Origin: Malacoraja senta | Taxonomy: Eukaryota | Direction of reading: 5' to 3' | DNA length: 64,000 bases | Assembly: GCA_038087875.1 (NCBI GenBank) | Contig: CM075978.1 | Span: forward strand, 136,648,001-136,712,000 | Shown here: positions 62,819 to 64,000 of the stretch, piece after piece | How the letters are laid out: each line of letters starts with the position of its first letter | Numbering within the stretch: position 1 is the first letter of the stretch | Position numbers and translations under genes: made by a program | The notes under the pieces: model-generated | Told to the model about the DNA's origin: nothing | The model's input: only the letters and a program-made list of their open reading frames with translations | The model's database searches: none

Positions 62819-63729
62819 CAACTTAAGAGGCAGTTGGCTAGAATCTAACCTTGTATCCCATTCAGAACAGTCAGCAATTGATGCAAACCTTGTAAACAGA
62901 ACTAGGTCCCTTGTTGAGTGCTTGTGCACATAGACTGAGGTAACAGTGGATTCTGGCTGCAACTTGTGTGTTGTCTACATGCATTACGTTAAGAGCATGC
63001 AGCCAAACATGGATTGAGTGTCTGCCATAAGATACCTCAGATAGTTTTAGAGATTCAGAAATTATTTTGGTACAAGATAAGAAATCTAACTTCTTGGTGT
63101 TGGCAAACAGCCTCTCACCCAACATGCAAGGGTTGAAGACAAATATGTGATTGGAAACTTCAAAATCATATCTATCACACATAGGTCATAGAAATAGCAA
63201 TGGCAGTGTTGAGGCTCAGGCCCATCTATGGCTTTGATTTCTGATCCAGGCACATGCTGCGCTTGTTTCAGGCTGACAACATACCTATTCTTTGGCTAGC
63301 TTATTAATCACGGCTGTTACTGATCTCAGACAACGTTGAACCGGTCTGCTCCGAACAAAGTCTTTTAAAGAGTCAAGAGTCAAGAGAGTCAAGGGTGTTT
63401 TATTGTCATATGTCCCAGATAGTACAATGAAATTCTTACTTGCCCACCATAAAGTTACCCATCATTGAGATTTCAATTCCCTCCAGGTAGATTTCATGTT
63501 ACCTACTATTTCTCCCTATTGGCCGCATTGCAAATTCATTAGAATGGATCATGTGCACAGAGAGCAAACACTGGGATCACACAAAAATGATTTGCAATGG
63601 GCATCAATGTATGTCAAATTGCCTAATCTAAACAGGAAATGGCAGGGGTAGCAAAGGTACATTTAGCTTTTCAGTTCACTTGTTGCTTTCATAATATTGA
63701 TAAAGGAGAACATTAATGTTATACAGCTG

Positions 63730-63859
63730 TGTAGGAAGGAACTGCAGATGCTGGTTTACACCAAAGGTTGACACAAAATGCTGGAGAAACTCAGCGGGTC
63801 AGGCAGCATCTCTGGAGAAAAGGAATAGGTGACGTTTCAGGTAGTGACACTTCTTCAGC
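63730..63859 (-). mobile_element. Penelope-derived short repeat with hammerhead-like core
   Basis: 13-bp TSD tgttatacagctg (63717-63729, 63860-63872). Minus strand reads CTGAAGAAGTGTCACTACCTGAAACGTCacc. Confidence 0.85.
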
Positions 63860-64000
63860 TGTTATACAGCTGACAGTTGTTGATCTGGTGAGCATTTGTG
63901 CTGGATCAAATGGACGAGCATAGCTAGTGTTGAGAGCAGGGATATTCAGAAGATTCTTTGACAATAATTTGCTGCTTTAGTGCTCTGTTAGTTCTCTGTA

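Overview
Non-coding, repeat-rich vertebrate DNA. The repeat repertoire points to a cartilaginous fish, probably a skate or ray (inference): HER1/CR1 LINEs, HE1-type V-SINEs, SacSINE1-like Deu-SINEs, Rex1/Babar LINE ends and Penelope-derived short repeats. I found no recognisable host protein-coding exon and no rRNA, true tRNA or CRISPR array. Every ORF in the supplied track that I can recognise is a transposon remnant or antisense to one. Elements with clear boundaries: an internally deleted chromovirus-type Gypsy LTR element (17122-19982, 5-bp TSD) nested in a long CR1, a hAT MITE (3267-3696, 8-bp TSD), two non-autonomous Helitrons (27780-29065 +, 52162-52897 -), a tail-to-tail pair of CpG-rich DNA-transposon-like elements, a fossil Myb/SANT Harbinger ORF, and a 35-bp diverged tandem array with an internal fold-back. 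The two most interesting signals are (i) a dispersed family of about 15-20 short Penelope-derived inserts, many carrying a minimal hammerhead-ribozyme core (CTGAAGA-A-GGGTCTCGACCC-GAAACGTC) and recurrently found as fold-back palindromes or tandem dimers with 10-15-bp TSDs, and (ii) an orphan, very CpG-rich 148-nt insert with an 11-bp TSD at 20022-20169. Repeat boundaries without a TSD are approximate (about +/-20 nt).
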